A stretch of DNA of 54,138 nt. Source: Cladosporium halotolerans (lineage: Eukaryota). The position numbers and the translations under genes are program-made. The notes under the pieces are model-generated. The model was not told the DNA's origin and searched no databases. It saw only the letters and a program-made list of their open reading frames with translations. The DNA is taken from positions 124,001 to 178,138 of the forward strand of contig NW_027191490.1 of NCBI RefSeq assembly GCF_011745625.1, read 5' to 3'. This document shows, one piece after another, positions 12,587 to 23,736 of the stretch. How positions within the stretch are numbered: position 1 is the first letter of the stretch; every line of letters begins with the position of its first letter.

Positions 12587-13135
12587 GAGCGTAAGGAGTG
12601 AGGAGTGGTGCGATGCCAGACGTTTGTACCATGCAGTTTCAGGTATCATCTCACAAGGGACGACCTAACAGGTGTCGAGGATCCAGAGGTTTTGGGGAAG
12701 AATTTGGGAGAGGTGTGAATAGGCAGGTTGACATGCGGTGATTTTGGACGCGTATATAGTTCTCGCGATCGAATCTATCTTGTATTTGGGTTAGCACATT
12801 ATAGCTTTTCGAGGGTCTCTTGTGCTACGAAAAGAGGTAAGCCGCGCACCACTCGCTCACAAGTTTCATCAATTCCGGGACGGAAGATGCGGCGACCTGC
12901 GTCGAAGGTGCCTAAGGTGATACTGTCCACATTCGCAAGCCTAACCGCGTTGAGTCGGAAATCGCCCGTACGCATACACTCATACAAAGTCTGCTGTACT
13001 CTTGAACCTCAATAACTCCAGGCAATGTCCAGCACTTGCTCGAAACCCATCGTCTCTCGTATCGCCCGTCACTCTGAGAGTCCTGCATAGCCCACTCGTA
13101 CAAAGCCCTCCACTCCGCCAATGCCTCCTCATGCT

Positions 13136-13772
13136 CTAAACAATCATCTGCGCGACACCTTGGCCGCCCAGAGTCTTACTCGCCGCAAACTCCTGCTTTT
13201 TCAAACCAGCAAGCGCATAGAATGCCGCGGCAATCAGCAGCACGACAGCGGCTGCGATCAGACTTGTCGCGTAGCGGATGAGCGAAAGCCACTGGACTAC
13301 GCTCATTGTGGCGTAGATGGCGGCGCGCATGTAGTTGGTTTCGAAGCGGCGGATGAAGGAGTCGAATTTCTCGGAGGTCGGGCAGACGCGCAGGAGGAGG
13401 GGGATTTCGATGAAGATGAGGATGAAGCTGGAGACGCTGTTCGAGATAGGTCAGCTGAGATGTTGCGCGTAGGGACGATGGAGCCGGGAGGGTGCTCACA
13501 AGCACAAGACGCTCCAGAGGATGATGATGTCGAAGTGGAAGATGTTGGCAATGCCGAGGGCAAAGCAGAGGATTATGCAAAGCACGCCGGTCCTGAGGAG
13601 CGTTGTTAGTGAGTGCGCCGCAGACGCGAATGCTGGTCAGATGCGTGCGCGTACCATTGGCCGTATATACCTGTGGCAGTGGATGTTAGCAGCCGCGGTG
13701 CATGCTCAGGGCGAGGAGGTAAGGATGTCACGTACTGAAGTTCCGCGACCTGAATTCTTCGGCGAGCGTCAT
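13136..13772 (-). CDS. TVP18: Golgi apparatus membrane protein Tvp18
   Basis: Spliced product MTLAEEFRSRNFSIYGQWTGVLCIILCFALGIANIF...SKTLGGQGVAQMIV. Introns 13671-13735, 13593-13654 and 13437-13499. Confidence 0.92.
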
Positions 13773-14376
13773 GTTCGGCAAGTGTGTGGATTGGTGTGTT
13801 TTGGGATATTTCTGGGGGTGTACAGAGCGGCGATGAAGCGTCCTCGCAAGTCGTGAGGTCGGCAGAGGCGGATGTAGGGCTGACGGGCGCGCGGTTGCGG
13901 GTTTGTTGACCGTTGGCGTTTAGGCGTTGGCGTTGGCAGGACCCTTGAAACAGCTGTCTCTGCGCGTCCGGGGTTTGCTGGAAGAAGGGGACAACGAGAG
14001 GGTGTTTTCGGCGATGTTGTTGTACTCGGGGATCAGGCGACAGTGGCAAGTCTTCAAGGCGCAGCAAGCGTAATAAGTGATTGCCTGGAGATGGTGGAGT
14101 GCGGTGCAGGTCAAGACGACGCGCTGGCCCAAGCCTCCAAGCCTCCAAGCTGTCGTTCCACCTCACTCCGCGCCGCGCCGCGCATCTGCAGCTCGGCAGG
14201 GCCCGGCGTGGAGAGAGGAGGGAGCTGTGCGTGCACGACACGTGGGAAAGGCGGCGTGTAGTCTTCGCCCATCATAGATACCTGCGGCAGTGTTTATTAT
14301 TGCACGCAGCGAGGAGCTTAATTTCAGACGCTAGCTATATGATGCCGTCCTCCAATAGCAGCAACATCACTGTCGA

Positions 14377-15474
14377 TCACTGAAAAGGCGTCCCCTCCCC
14401 TTCCTCCTCAGTACCCAGCCCGTATTTTCCGACCATTGAACCACTTTCAATCGCGCCGTGGGCATCGCGAATGTTTTCTAATGTTAACTTCGCTCGCCTC
14501 TTTAAATGACATTTGATTTTGCCGTCATCCAGGAGATCCGCCAGCTCCTCGTACCACTCATGATGCTTCTCCGTCTCATCGTTGTAGTAATGATGATACG
14601 GCCCGGAGCCAAGCCAGCACCACACGAATGTGAGCGACTTGCTCATGAACTGTGACCCGTACATGTCGAACTTCGCCTGCACGATACTGCAGACTTTACC
14701 GAAAGGAGCGAGGATATCGCCGATAGGCTGGAAGTATTGCTCAGTCCGGGAGGTGATGAATGCGTACTTGAGCGGGATGTCGGCCGGGATGTCTCCTTTC
14801 TGCATCAGGTCCTGAATCTGCTGCACAATGTCCTCGCGGTGGTTGACGACGTGCGTTGCGCCCATCTCGCGCGAGAAAGATTCGGTCTCCGGTCGTGAGG
14901 CGGTCGTGACCACGACCGGGAGTTGTAGGTAGCGTCGGGCCAGCTGGCACGCGATGGAGCCCATGCCGCCGCCGCCGTTGATGATCAGAATACCTGCGCG
15001 CTCGTTCTTCTGAACACCAAGGCGGGCAACAATAGACTCGTACGCTGTCGCCCATGTCAATGGCATCGCTGCCGCCTCGGCCCAGGCTAACGAACGCGGT
15101 TTGCGTCCGGCGTGGCGTTCGTCGACTGTGGTGTACTCGGCGTAGCAGCCTTGGCCAACAACGTTACCCAAAAAGTATACCTCGTCGCCCGGCTTGTAGT
15201 ATCGAACGTCTGGGCCGGCTTGGGTCACGACTCCAGCGCCATCGTAGCCCATGACGTGCAAGTTCTGTGCTTCCAGTGTCGCCGGCTTGACGCGCTCGTA
15301 GAAGTCTGGTGCATCATCGTAGGTACCATTGCGGACTTTGATGTCGATTGGATTGACAGACGTGCCTTTGATCTGGACGACCAACTGACGGCCGCTTGGT
15401 TTCGGTGGTAAAGGGAGCTGCTGAGATTTGAGATTCTCAATCGGACCGTATTCAGAAACTCCAATGGCGTTCAT
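14377..15474 (-). CDS. Medium-chain dehydrogenase/reductase (quinone oxidoreductase / zinc-type ADH-like)
   Basis: SVNPIDIK, GYDGAGVV, AAAMPLT, INGGGGMGS and TASRPET motifs. Intronless, 365 aa. Confidence 0.9.
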   Translation of the reverse strand: MNAIGVSEYGPIENLKSQQLPLPPKPSGRQLVVQIKGTSVNPIDIKVRNGTYDDAPDFYERVKPATLEAQNLHVMGYDGAGVVTQAGPDVRYYKPGDEVYFLGNVVGQGCYAEYTTVDERHAGRKPRSLAWAEAAAMPLTWATAYESIVARLGVQKNERAGILIINGGGGMGSIACQLARRYLQLPVVVTTASRPETESFSREMGATHVVNHREDIVQQIQDLMQKGDIPADIPLKYAFITSRTEQYFQPIGDILAPFGKVCSIVQAKFDMYGSQFMSKSLTFVWCWLGSGPYHHYYNDETEKHHEWYEELADLLDDGKIKCHLKRRAKLTLENIRDAHGAIESGSMVGKYGLGTEEEGEGTPFQ

Positions 15475-16110
15475 GTTGGAAGTATTTAGGGATTGAGAGT
15501 CGATCTTTAGTTCAGTAGCTTAGGGCTGGATCATTTCCATTCCGCCTGTATAGATGATCCGGAGAATATATAGAAGATACTTCGTTATCATGTCATGATG
15601 ATGGGATCGAACACCCTTGCACGGGGTGTGTCAAACTTCGCACTATTGTCGGACATGTCGGTGATCCTCGGTGCATCACATCACGGTGGATGCGCTTTAG
15701 GTATTACATTCGTGTATCGGACTGTACGCTTAGCTTCGGGTGCTCTACGCAGTGGAACATGAACGCTTCCCCCAACACGAGTTGGCATGCCCGAAAGCCG
15801 CTCTGGTAGGGTGGATTGCGTCGGCGACTGATGGCTCCAGCACTGTGGCTGGCGCGGGCTTTTTCGCCGCTCGAATGCCGACGACGCCACACCACGCCAC
15901 ACCCCACGCAGGCCGAGTTGATGACATACAAATCGCAGCTTCGAGAAACAAACCCGCCTTCTGTTCGCCAGGTGAGTATTGCACAACATCTAAGCCCAAC
16001 GCATTCTCTTCGCAATACCTAACAGAGCCTTGCGTACAGGCTGAGACCGCGTTTACCCTTCATCAGATCATGATATAAGGTTGCTCACCATCTGCCGCAA
16101 TCCACCCGCC

Positions 16111-18471
16111 ATGACCGACACTGAATCGCTCATGCGCTGGTCCGCGCAGTACAACGTCACCAGCAACCCACGCAGCAAGCAGCTCCCTGGTGACAAAATC
16201 CTGCTACCGCCTTCTGCGCTAGAAGCTCTGCTCTCAGCCTCGGCCAACGCCGCTGCCGAATCGAGTCGCCGCGACCTCCCCGCCTACGATCCATTCAATT
16301 CCGCCAGCTACTCCGCCTACCGACAGGCCGAAGCGCAGTACGAAGACCGGCGGCATCAATTGCCGTATCCTCTGACTTTTCGCCTGGTGAATCCTGATAA
16401 TGGGCGGGTGGTGTACGCGGGTATAAGGGAGTTCTCGGCGGATGATGAGGAGGTGGTGTTAAGTTCGTTTTTACTCGAAGCTCTCGGGATCGAGGGACCA
16501 GCCGGGCAAGATGGTATGGAGGACGGAAGAGCAGAGAATGGTGCTACTGAGGATCGGAAGATCACGGTGCACGTCAAAGAGCTGCCCAAAGGCACGTTTG
16601 TGAAATTGCGGCCTTTGGAGGCAGGGTACGATCCGGACGACTGGAAAGCGTTGCTCGAGCAGCATCTGCGACAGGAGTACACCACTTTGACGACTGGCGA
16701 AGTACTTGTCGTGCCGGGTGGCAGGGGGGCGGACGGGAAGAGGGAGGAGTTCCGGTTCTTGGTCGATGGATTCAGACCTGCGGAAACGGACGGTGTCTGC
16801 ATTGTGGACACAGATTTGGAAGTGGACATCGAAGCGCTGAACGAAGAGCAGGCCAGAGAGACGATGAAGAGGATTGCTGCGAAGATGACCAAGGCTCCCG
16901 GGACTGAGCAGGGTAGTTCTGCTGGAGGCGAGCTGGATTTGTTCAACCCGAAGGAGGGTCAGGTGCTGCCTGGGGAATACGTCGATTACGAGCTTACTTC
17001 TTGGAATAAGTCACTACCACTGGAGTTTGAACTTACAGGAGATGACGATGAAGACGAAGTGGACTTGATCGTCAACCCTGTCTCGGCTCGACAACGGGCC
17101 CATCCCCGAATCGATGAGCATGTCTTTGCCGATATTGACGGGCGACCAGCGAAAAGGATCAGACTGGACCCTACGAACGTCGAACTCGAGGATGCAGAGA
17201 GCCTGTATGTCGCTGTACATGCATACAAGCCCTCGGTACAACACGCCAATGGCGATTCGGCTGAGCTAGCCACTGAGCAACTACGACACTTCACACTACG
17301 TGCCCGGCATGTAGACGCCGATGAGAAGATGACCAGTGGCTCCCCAGAAGCGACCGAACAACCCCTCAACCCCGACGAAGTCCGCTGCAAGAATTGCGGC
17401 CAATCTGTTCCGCAACGAACACTCATGCTGCACGAAAACTTCTGCCTACGAAACAACATCCTCTGCCCGCACGGCTGTGGCCAAATCTTCCAAAAGCGCT
17501 CTCCTCAGTACGCCGACCACTGGCACTGCCCACACGACTCCGCCTGCGGCAATACCTCTCTGTCGCAGCAAAAGCACAACGCCCTCCTCCACCCACCCGA
17601 AATCCTCCACTGCCCAGCTTGCAGCACCGTCGAAACCTTCCCCTCGACCCCCTCCCTAGCCCGCCACCGCACAACCACCTGCCCCGCGAAACTCATCCTC
17701 TGCCGCTTCTGCCACCTCCTCGTGCCGCAAGAAGGCGACCCGGACGTCCCCAACGCCGAAGCCCTGCTCTCCGGCATGACGCCGCACGAACTCGCCGACG
17801 GCGCCCGCACGACCGAGTGCCACTTGTGCGGCAAGATCGTCCGCCTGCGCGACATGGAGACGCACGTCAAGTCGCACGAGCTCGATCGGCTGGATAGGCC
17901 TGCGCCGCGCGTCTGTCGGAATGTGAATTGTGGCCGCACGCTGGACACTTGTGCTAAGAACGGCGATACGCGCGCTGGGGCGAGGATGGGGCAGGGTGCC
18001 GGGAATGACCTGGGTCTGTGCAGTGTTTGTTTCGGGCCGCTGTATGTCAGCTTGCATGATCCGGATGGGAAGGCCATGAGGCGGCGGATCGAGAGGCGGT
18101 ACCTGCAGCAGCTTGTGAGCGGGTGCGGGAAGGCGTGGTGTCGGAATGAGTTCTGCAAGGTTGGGAGGCAGGCTCGGGACTTGCCGGCGAATATCACGAT
18201 GAAGGACGGCATACCTATGGTGAAGCCGGTCCTTGATTCTTTGATGAGAGGGGAGACGGGAAGTCCATTGCATTTCTGCGTGGATGAGGGCAGTCAGAAG
18301 CGGAGGACGCTGGCGGAGCTTTTGGCTGCTGATGAGACGGTGGGGTTTGGAAAGGGCGGGTATGGGTTCGAGTGGTGCGTTGGTGCGCTCGAAGCCGAGA
18401 AGGGCGATTTGGAGGGCGCGAGGAAGTGGTTGGGGGATTGGGCGCCGACGAGGTCGGAGGAGCGGAAGTAA
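16111..18471 (+). CDS. UFD1-domain protein with multiple zinc fingers and C-terminal AZUL-like/UBA-like region
   Basis: GDKILLPPSAL, GIREFSA and LPKGTFVKLRPL (UFD1 domain); repeated CxxC/H fingers; RYLQQLVSGCGKAWCRNEFC. ATG at 16111 in CCGCCATG context. Confidence 0.88.
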   Translation: MTDTESLMRWSAQYNVTSNPRSKQLPGDKILLPPSALEALLSASANAAAESSRRDLPAYDPFNSASYSAYRQAEAQYEDRRHQLPYPLTFRLVNPDNGRVVYAGIREFSADDEEVVLSSFLLEALGIEGPAGQDGMEDGRAENGATEDRKITVHVKELPKGTFVKLRPLEAGYDPDDWKALLEQHLRQEYTTLTTGEVLVVPGGRGADGKREEFRFLVDGFRPAETDGVCIVDTDLEVDIEALNEEQARETMKRIAAKMTKAPGTEQGSSAGGELDLFNPKEGQVLPGEYVDYELTSWNKSLPLEFELTGDDDEDEVDLIVNPVSARQRAHPRIDEHVFADIDGRPAKRIRLDPTNVELEDAESLYVAVHAYKPSVQHANGDSAELATEQLRHFTLRARHVDADEKMTSGSPEATEQPLNPDEVRCKNCGQSVPQRTLMLHENFCLRNNILCPHGCGQIFQKRSPQYADHWHCPHDSACGNTSLSQQKHNALLHPPEILHCPACSTVETFPSTPSLARHRTTTCPAKLILCRFCHLLVPQEGDPDVPNAEALLSGMTPHELADGARTTECHLCGKIVRLRDMETHVKSHELDRLDRPAPRVCRNVNCGRTLDTCAKNGDTRAGARMGQGAGNDLGLCSVCFGPLYVSLHDPDGKAMRRRIERRYLQQLVSGCGKAWCRNEFCKVGRQARDLPANITMKDGIPMVKPVLDSLMRGETGSPLHFCVDEGSQKRRTLAELLAADETVGFGKGGYGFEWCVGALEAEKGDLEGARKWLGDWAPTRSEERK

Positions 18472-18609
18472 TTTCAGAGGATACAGTGAGGTGTAGTGAG
18501 ACGGGATATGTCGAGATGAAATGATACCCCTGATGGAACACGCGTGAAATGGAAGTGGCTTTCACACTAACTTCTTAGATTCACCTTTCTCGTTTTTCCT
18601 TTACCTCAC

Positions 18610-19615
18610 TTACATATTCCTTCCACCCGTCACACTCAACGTCTGCCCAGTAATGTAAGAGGACATCAGCGGGCTCGCGAGTGCCAAAACGGCACCAGCA
18701 GCTTCCGTCGCCGTGCCCGGCCTACCAAGCGGGATGTCCTTGAAAGCATCCTTGCCTGCCTCCCTCCCCGCCTTCTGCGCTTGCGGGATACCCAAGGCAA
18801 CCTTCTGACCGTCGGGTGTCGTGACGAATGCACCCTCCTCTTTGGCAGCCGTCAGCCTCGTAGCAATGTGCCCGAACGCAACCGTGTTGGCGCGGACGCC
18901 GAACGCCGGACCCCATTCCTTCGCGATGGTCTTCGTCAGACCAACCACACCGGCTTTAGCCAGAGCGTAGTTTGCTTGCCCGGCGTTGCCGTGCAGCCCA
19001 GAAGTCGACGAAACGTTGACGATCGAGCGTGGCTCGCCGTCTTTGACGCGGAAGTAGGGCGCGGCGGCGCGCACGAGCTTGAAGGGCTGGGTGTTGTGGA
19101 GGGCGAGGATGGTGTCCCATTGCTTGTCGGTGGTCTGTCAGAGAAAGGTTAGCAGGAACTAAAGGAGTTTTGCTGGATTGAGCTGCGCCCAGAGTCTGAC
19201 CTTGTGGATCACACCGTCCCAAGTGTAGCCTGCGTTGTTGACGATGATGTGGATTTTACCGGAGCCGAAGTCTGCGGATTTCTTGACCAACTCGTTGATG
19301 TAGTTGTCGTCCAACATGTCACCGGGGATGGCAATGGCACTGCCTCCATTTTTCTTGATCTCCTCGGCGACTTGAGATGCTTTGGCTGGGGGAGGATTAG
19401 CTGCTGACTGCTAATGTTTCAATGCTGTTTTTGACTAGATACTAACCGCCATCAATATCGCTCACAACGACCTTAGCACCTTCATTGGCGAACAGTCTGG
19501 CTGTTTCGGCTCCAATGCCCTGTCCGGATCCTGTGATAATGGCGACTTGACCGTGCAGCATGCCCTTTGGGCAGTTCAAGTGAGCAGCTATCTGCTGGGC
19601 ACGTGCGCTGGCCAT
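18610..19615 (-). CDS. Short-chain dehydrogenase (3-oxoacyl-ACP reductase-like), probably peroxisomal
   Basis: [17 protein letters not shown] and YALAK motifs. Introns 19386-19446 and 19135-19200. N-terminal RAQQIAAHL. Confidence 0.92.
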
Positions 19616-19781
19616 GGTTGCTGACAGTTGCAATTTCAATTTTGATGAGGCAGCTGACACGGATTGATCAGATCAAGTGGTCTTCAATTAAAAGATAGCT
19701 ATGGAAGAAGTTGTTTATTGTGCAAGAAGCAAGTGGCGGCTATGAAGCAGCCGATGGAGGCCGACGTGGGAGGAGGTCGAG

Positions 19782-19787
19782 CCGAGG
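19782..19787. promoter_or_regulatory. Putative FarA/FarB binding site (CCGAGG)
   Basis: CCGAGG about 170 nt upstream of the SDR start. The hexamer can also occur by chance. Confidence 0.35.
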
Positions 19788-20607
19788 CATTGAGAGCTGG
19801 ACCCTGTTGCTCAGCCTTGCGACCTGCACCCTCTGTATAGTATAGCATTCGACATAGATGAGAGCATACCGTCTGCGGGCTAGAATACCCTGACAATCGA
19901 AGCGGTCTAGTCTACTTCTTGTTGATCTATCTTGACAGAAGCTTGGCATCCTTGCACTGTCTGCTGGAAAAGCATCCTAGTATGGAAAACCTGAAACGAA
20001 GCAATCTCGCAGAGAAGGGCACGGGAGCTTTTCCACTCGTTGAGGCTTATTAGCAAGGCGTGATGCTGATAGCGCCAACATTCTGCGAGTCAAAGAGAAT
20101 CACTGCATTGTTGCTGATGAGCAGGGTATGCCTCTTGTGCTGGTTTCCAATGCATGCCCAGGCGATAGAATGCTGACAGTCAGACGGAAGTGCCCGGCAT
20201 GGCGGTGCATGTGGCCGCATTCGCAAGGACAGCCGAAGCTTGCTGCCTGCCTGGACGCCTCCTGTCTTTGCCACGTCGATGATGGAGGAGGCGTGAGTGC
20301 AAGTGAACAAAAGCAGGACAAGCCGCGGAGTTAAGCCGTCGAGACGAGGCGACGGAGGCCGGCGGAAGCGGGCAGCGCTCCCACCGTCGTCCGTGGAGGC
20401 GGCCGAAAAATGGCGGAGGAATTGTTTTGGCTGTCTCGCAGCTGCACCGCGGCCTGCAGTCTGCAGCACCTCTGGACTGCACCAGCCCAACCCCCATTCC
20501 GTTCCCCTCGCATGCGAGAGCCCGCGCCTTCCAAGTGCTGGTGGCGTCATGGTTTTGTGTCTTACTATATCTTTCCTTGATCCGCTCTTTGCCCTCCCTT
20601 CCTTAGA

Positions 20608-21957
20608 ATGCTCCTCCGTCCACCCCTCCGTCTCTTCCACCACGCCGCCAGCGCTGCCCTAGGTCGCTCGCCTTCTTGCGCAAGCAACACCAGCATCGCC
20701 AGATCGTCCAGGCGCGCATTCAGCTCCACCGCCAGCATGGCTTCCGCCAGCACTTCCGCCCTGCTCCACGCGACGGTGTCAGCGCCAGGCGCAAAGTCCG
20801 CCCAGCCCTCGGACATTGAAGAGAAGAGACACCACAACAAGCATGGCAAGGGATTCGTCAACCCGTGGGACTCATACATAGAGCGCAGTGCTCCTCAGCT
20901 GATTAGGGCAATGGCCTGGAGAGCGATCACTGGAAAGAGCAAAAGCCCGGACACCACGCCTCCCACTGTCTCGGTCCACAAGCCCGTCTTTCTGCCTTCA
21001 CGCAAAACCGAGCAACTGCGCGCGACCTGGCTAGGCCATGCCTGCTACCATGTGGAATTCCCCGGTGGCTTACGCGTTCTTTTCGACCCGGTCTTCACAC
21101 CCAGATGCAGCCCTTTCAGTTTCATGGGACCTAAGCGCTACACAGACGTGCCCTGCGATGTTGACAATATCCCCTTTATCGATTGTGTGATCATATCCCA
21201 CAACCATTACGATCATTTAAGCCACCCAACCATCCTCAAGATTGCCGCTAAGCACAAGAACGTGCACTTCTTCGTCCCGCTCGGCAACAAGCAGTGGTTC
21301 ACCAAATGCGGCATCCACAACGTCACCGAGCTAGACTGGTGGGAAGAGCAGGAGATCAAGCTGTCCTCCTCCCAACCCTCCACCGAACCCTCAAAGCACA
21401 CCTCGGACTCCTCAAACGCCAGCGTCAGCGCTTCCTCCACCAGCCAACCAGACATCACCGCCACCATCGGCTGCCTCCCCTGCCAACACACCAGCGCGCG
21501 CACGCCCTTCGACAAAGGCCACACTCTCTGGTCGAGCTGGAGCGTGACCTCAGGCAACAAGAAAATCTGGTTCGGCGGCGACACTGGCTACCGCTCCGTC
21601 CCCGAACTGCCGGCTTCCGAGTTCGACTACGCCGACAAACACGCCCACCTCCCCGTCTGCCCGGCTTTCAAGCAGATCGGCGAGCTCCGCGGCCCTTTCG
21701 ACCTCGGCCTGATCCCCATCGGCGCTTACGACCCACGCTGGATCATGTCGCCCATGCATGCCAACCCGTACGACAGCGTCAACATCTTTGCGGACACGCG
21801 GTGCAGGCGAGCGATGGGCATTCATTGGGGGACTTGGGTGCTGACGGAGGAGGATGTGCTGGAGCCGCCGCGGTTGCTGAAGGAGGCGGCGAAATGGAGA
21901 GGCTTGGAGGAGGGGGCTTTTGGGACGTGTGAGATTGGGGAGAGTCGGGAGTTCTAG
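20608..21957 (+). CDS. N-acyl-phosphatidylethanolamine phospholipase D (FMP30-like, MBL fold)
   Basis: TWLGHA, ISHNHYDHL, GGDTGY, PIGAY and IHWGT motifs; Arg/Ser-rich mitochondrial-type presequence. Confidence 0.92.
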   Translation: MLLRPPLRLFHHAASAALGRSPSCASNTSIARSSRRAFSSTASMASASTSALLHATVSAPGAKSAQPSDIEEKRHHNKHGKGFVNPWDSYIERSAPQLIRAMAWRAITGKSKSPDTTPPTVSVHKPVFLPSRKTEQLRATWLGHACYHVEFPGGLRVLFDPVFTPRCSPFSFMGPKRYTDVPCDVDNIPFIDCVIISHNHYDHLSHPTILKIAAKHKNVHFFVPLGNKQWFTKCGIHNVTELDWWEEQEIKLSSSQPSTEPSKHTSDSSNASVSASSTSQPDITATIGCLPCQHTSARTPFDKGHTLWSSWSVTSGNKKIWFGGDTGYRSVPELPASEFDYADKHAHLPVCPAFKQIGELRGPFDLGLIPIGAYDPRWIMSPMHANPYDSVNIFADTRCRRAMGIHWGTWVLTEEDVLEPPRLLKEAAKWRGLEEGAFGTCEIGESREF

Positions 21958-22353
21958 ATGGGATGAGGAATGAGAAAGGGCTGTGCATAACTTTTGCGCT
22001 TTGTTGACGCGGGGTATTTAGCGAGGCGTTTTCTCCTATTGCTTTTGTTTCGATAAGTTGTACAGATAGAGGGATGTCCCGGGGCGCGGATGTTGTTAGA
22101 GGAATGTGTATCACTATGTATGCATCAACGCTGAAAGAAGCATGAGGGCGCATCTAGGGATCTTATGGCACCCCATTTTATTGAGAACAATCATTTGAAG
22201 TCGAAGTTCATAGGTCTATAAAAAGAGGTTGAAAAGAGATCACAAGGCTAGAATTCTCCCACGATGGCCTTTGGTAGGCCCGTCGAAGTGAAGGCAGCCA
22301 TGGTTTAGGCTTGTTGAGGGAAGAAATCACGGGAAATTCTCGATCGACTGACT

Positions 22354-23736
22354 CTAAGCTCGAAACCGCCGGCACATGGAATCGACTTTCGGCGCAATCG
22401 TGGTGTGGTTGCCGCAGGTTGTCAGATGGTCGGCGCTGCTGTCCTCGATGGCACTGCGCCGCTTGATCCCGGTTCTCGATATGCTTGGATCCATACGCCA
22501 TTTTTGACTTTCAAAATTCCAGTACCATCTCTGCTCCAGGCGTTGCATTAGCACTCCGAAGAAGACGAAGTCTAGCGTGTCATTGTCAGCCGTGTCAATG
22601 CTTTTTCATCAATGATACGCAACGTACTTTCAACATTCTGCGGCGCCAGTGTTTTAGAGATCCCTAAACAATCTCTGTAGCGACGCCTGTAGTCATGTTC
22701 TATTGTCGGTCAGCTACATGCCATGGCCATGTTTGGTACGGCATCACTCACTTTGGTAGCGGGAATGATGATGAAATTCATGCAGCATGATCATACTTCC
22801 AGTATTGTAGAAGTGAGGGTTCCCTAGGTGCTCCATGACACTGCCGTAGCGCGCAAAATCAGCAAGCGTGTGGTATCTTTCGTGTGTGTGAAACCGTACA
22901 TCGGCGAGTTTAGGTGCATATAACGAGAACCATGCATTCGTGAGCTTGATATTCTGTCAGATTTTGCTGTCGAGTTACCGTTCAGCTTGGGCTGGAGACT
23001 TACTGTGATGCTTGTCCGACGCGGGTTATTGCTGGGATCTTTGTCGAGGTCGGAATCTTCGCCTTTCTCCGCGCCGTACGTCGCAGCGTAGGCATCGGCT
23101 CCCCTGGCCAATACACCATGGGCGTATATCTTGTTGATGCTGTCTATCCACTCTTGGTCCTCAGGATGTCGCTTCGAATTCTTACGAGGATTCGTTCTGT
23201 CAATCACTTCTTGGCCGTCTGGTATCAATTCAGAGCGCGCATCGTTGTCGCAGTAGATCCGCACTTCAGATGCTTTACGTCCAGCAGCTGTGGTTACTGT
23301 CTCCTTCGTGAACTGCTGAATCGATCCCGGCCCTCCCCACAGGCGTCCTGTTGTGCGTCAGCATAGAAATCCTGATGGAGAGCACGAGCCAGAACAAATG
23401 ACACACTCCCGAAGGTCTCCCACATCTCACGATCCTGCTGGTGTTCTTGTCCTTGCGGAGGCCTTGGTTTATGCTTGAACCATTTCTCATACGCCACATA
23501 GGCCTCTTTGTCTCTATCCTCGCCACGCGACATGCGCCTGTAGCCCATCCTCACGGTTGAGATCATCTCGGCCATCATGCTGTCGAATATCTGGAATCCA
23601 TACTGTCATCAACGACGACGGCTTGTTCGAACCGAGCTGCGCATGATTTGTCCACCCACCAAGTTTGACGATGTTCATTGGCCACCGACTGTGTGAGGAG
23701 GCAGACTGCCCAGATGATTGGCCAAAAAGGCAGCAT
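22354..23736 (-). CDS. Putative secreted HExxH zinc metalloprotease (zincin, M35/aspzincin-like), six exons
   Basis: Exons 23736-23633, 23579-23407, 23347-23004, 22944-22752, 22699-22628 and 22571-22354 join into 1104 nt (367 aa). Product has a signal peptide MLPFWPIIWAVCLLTQSVA, WWVDKSC, RIYCDND, MLHEFHH and QNVENF. The first intron is the least certain. Confidence 0.72.
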
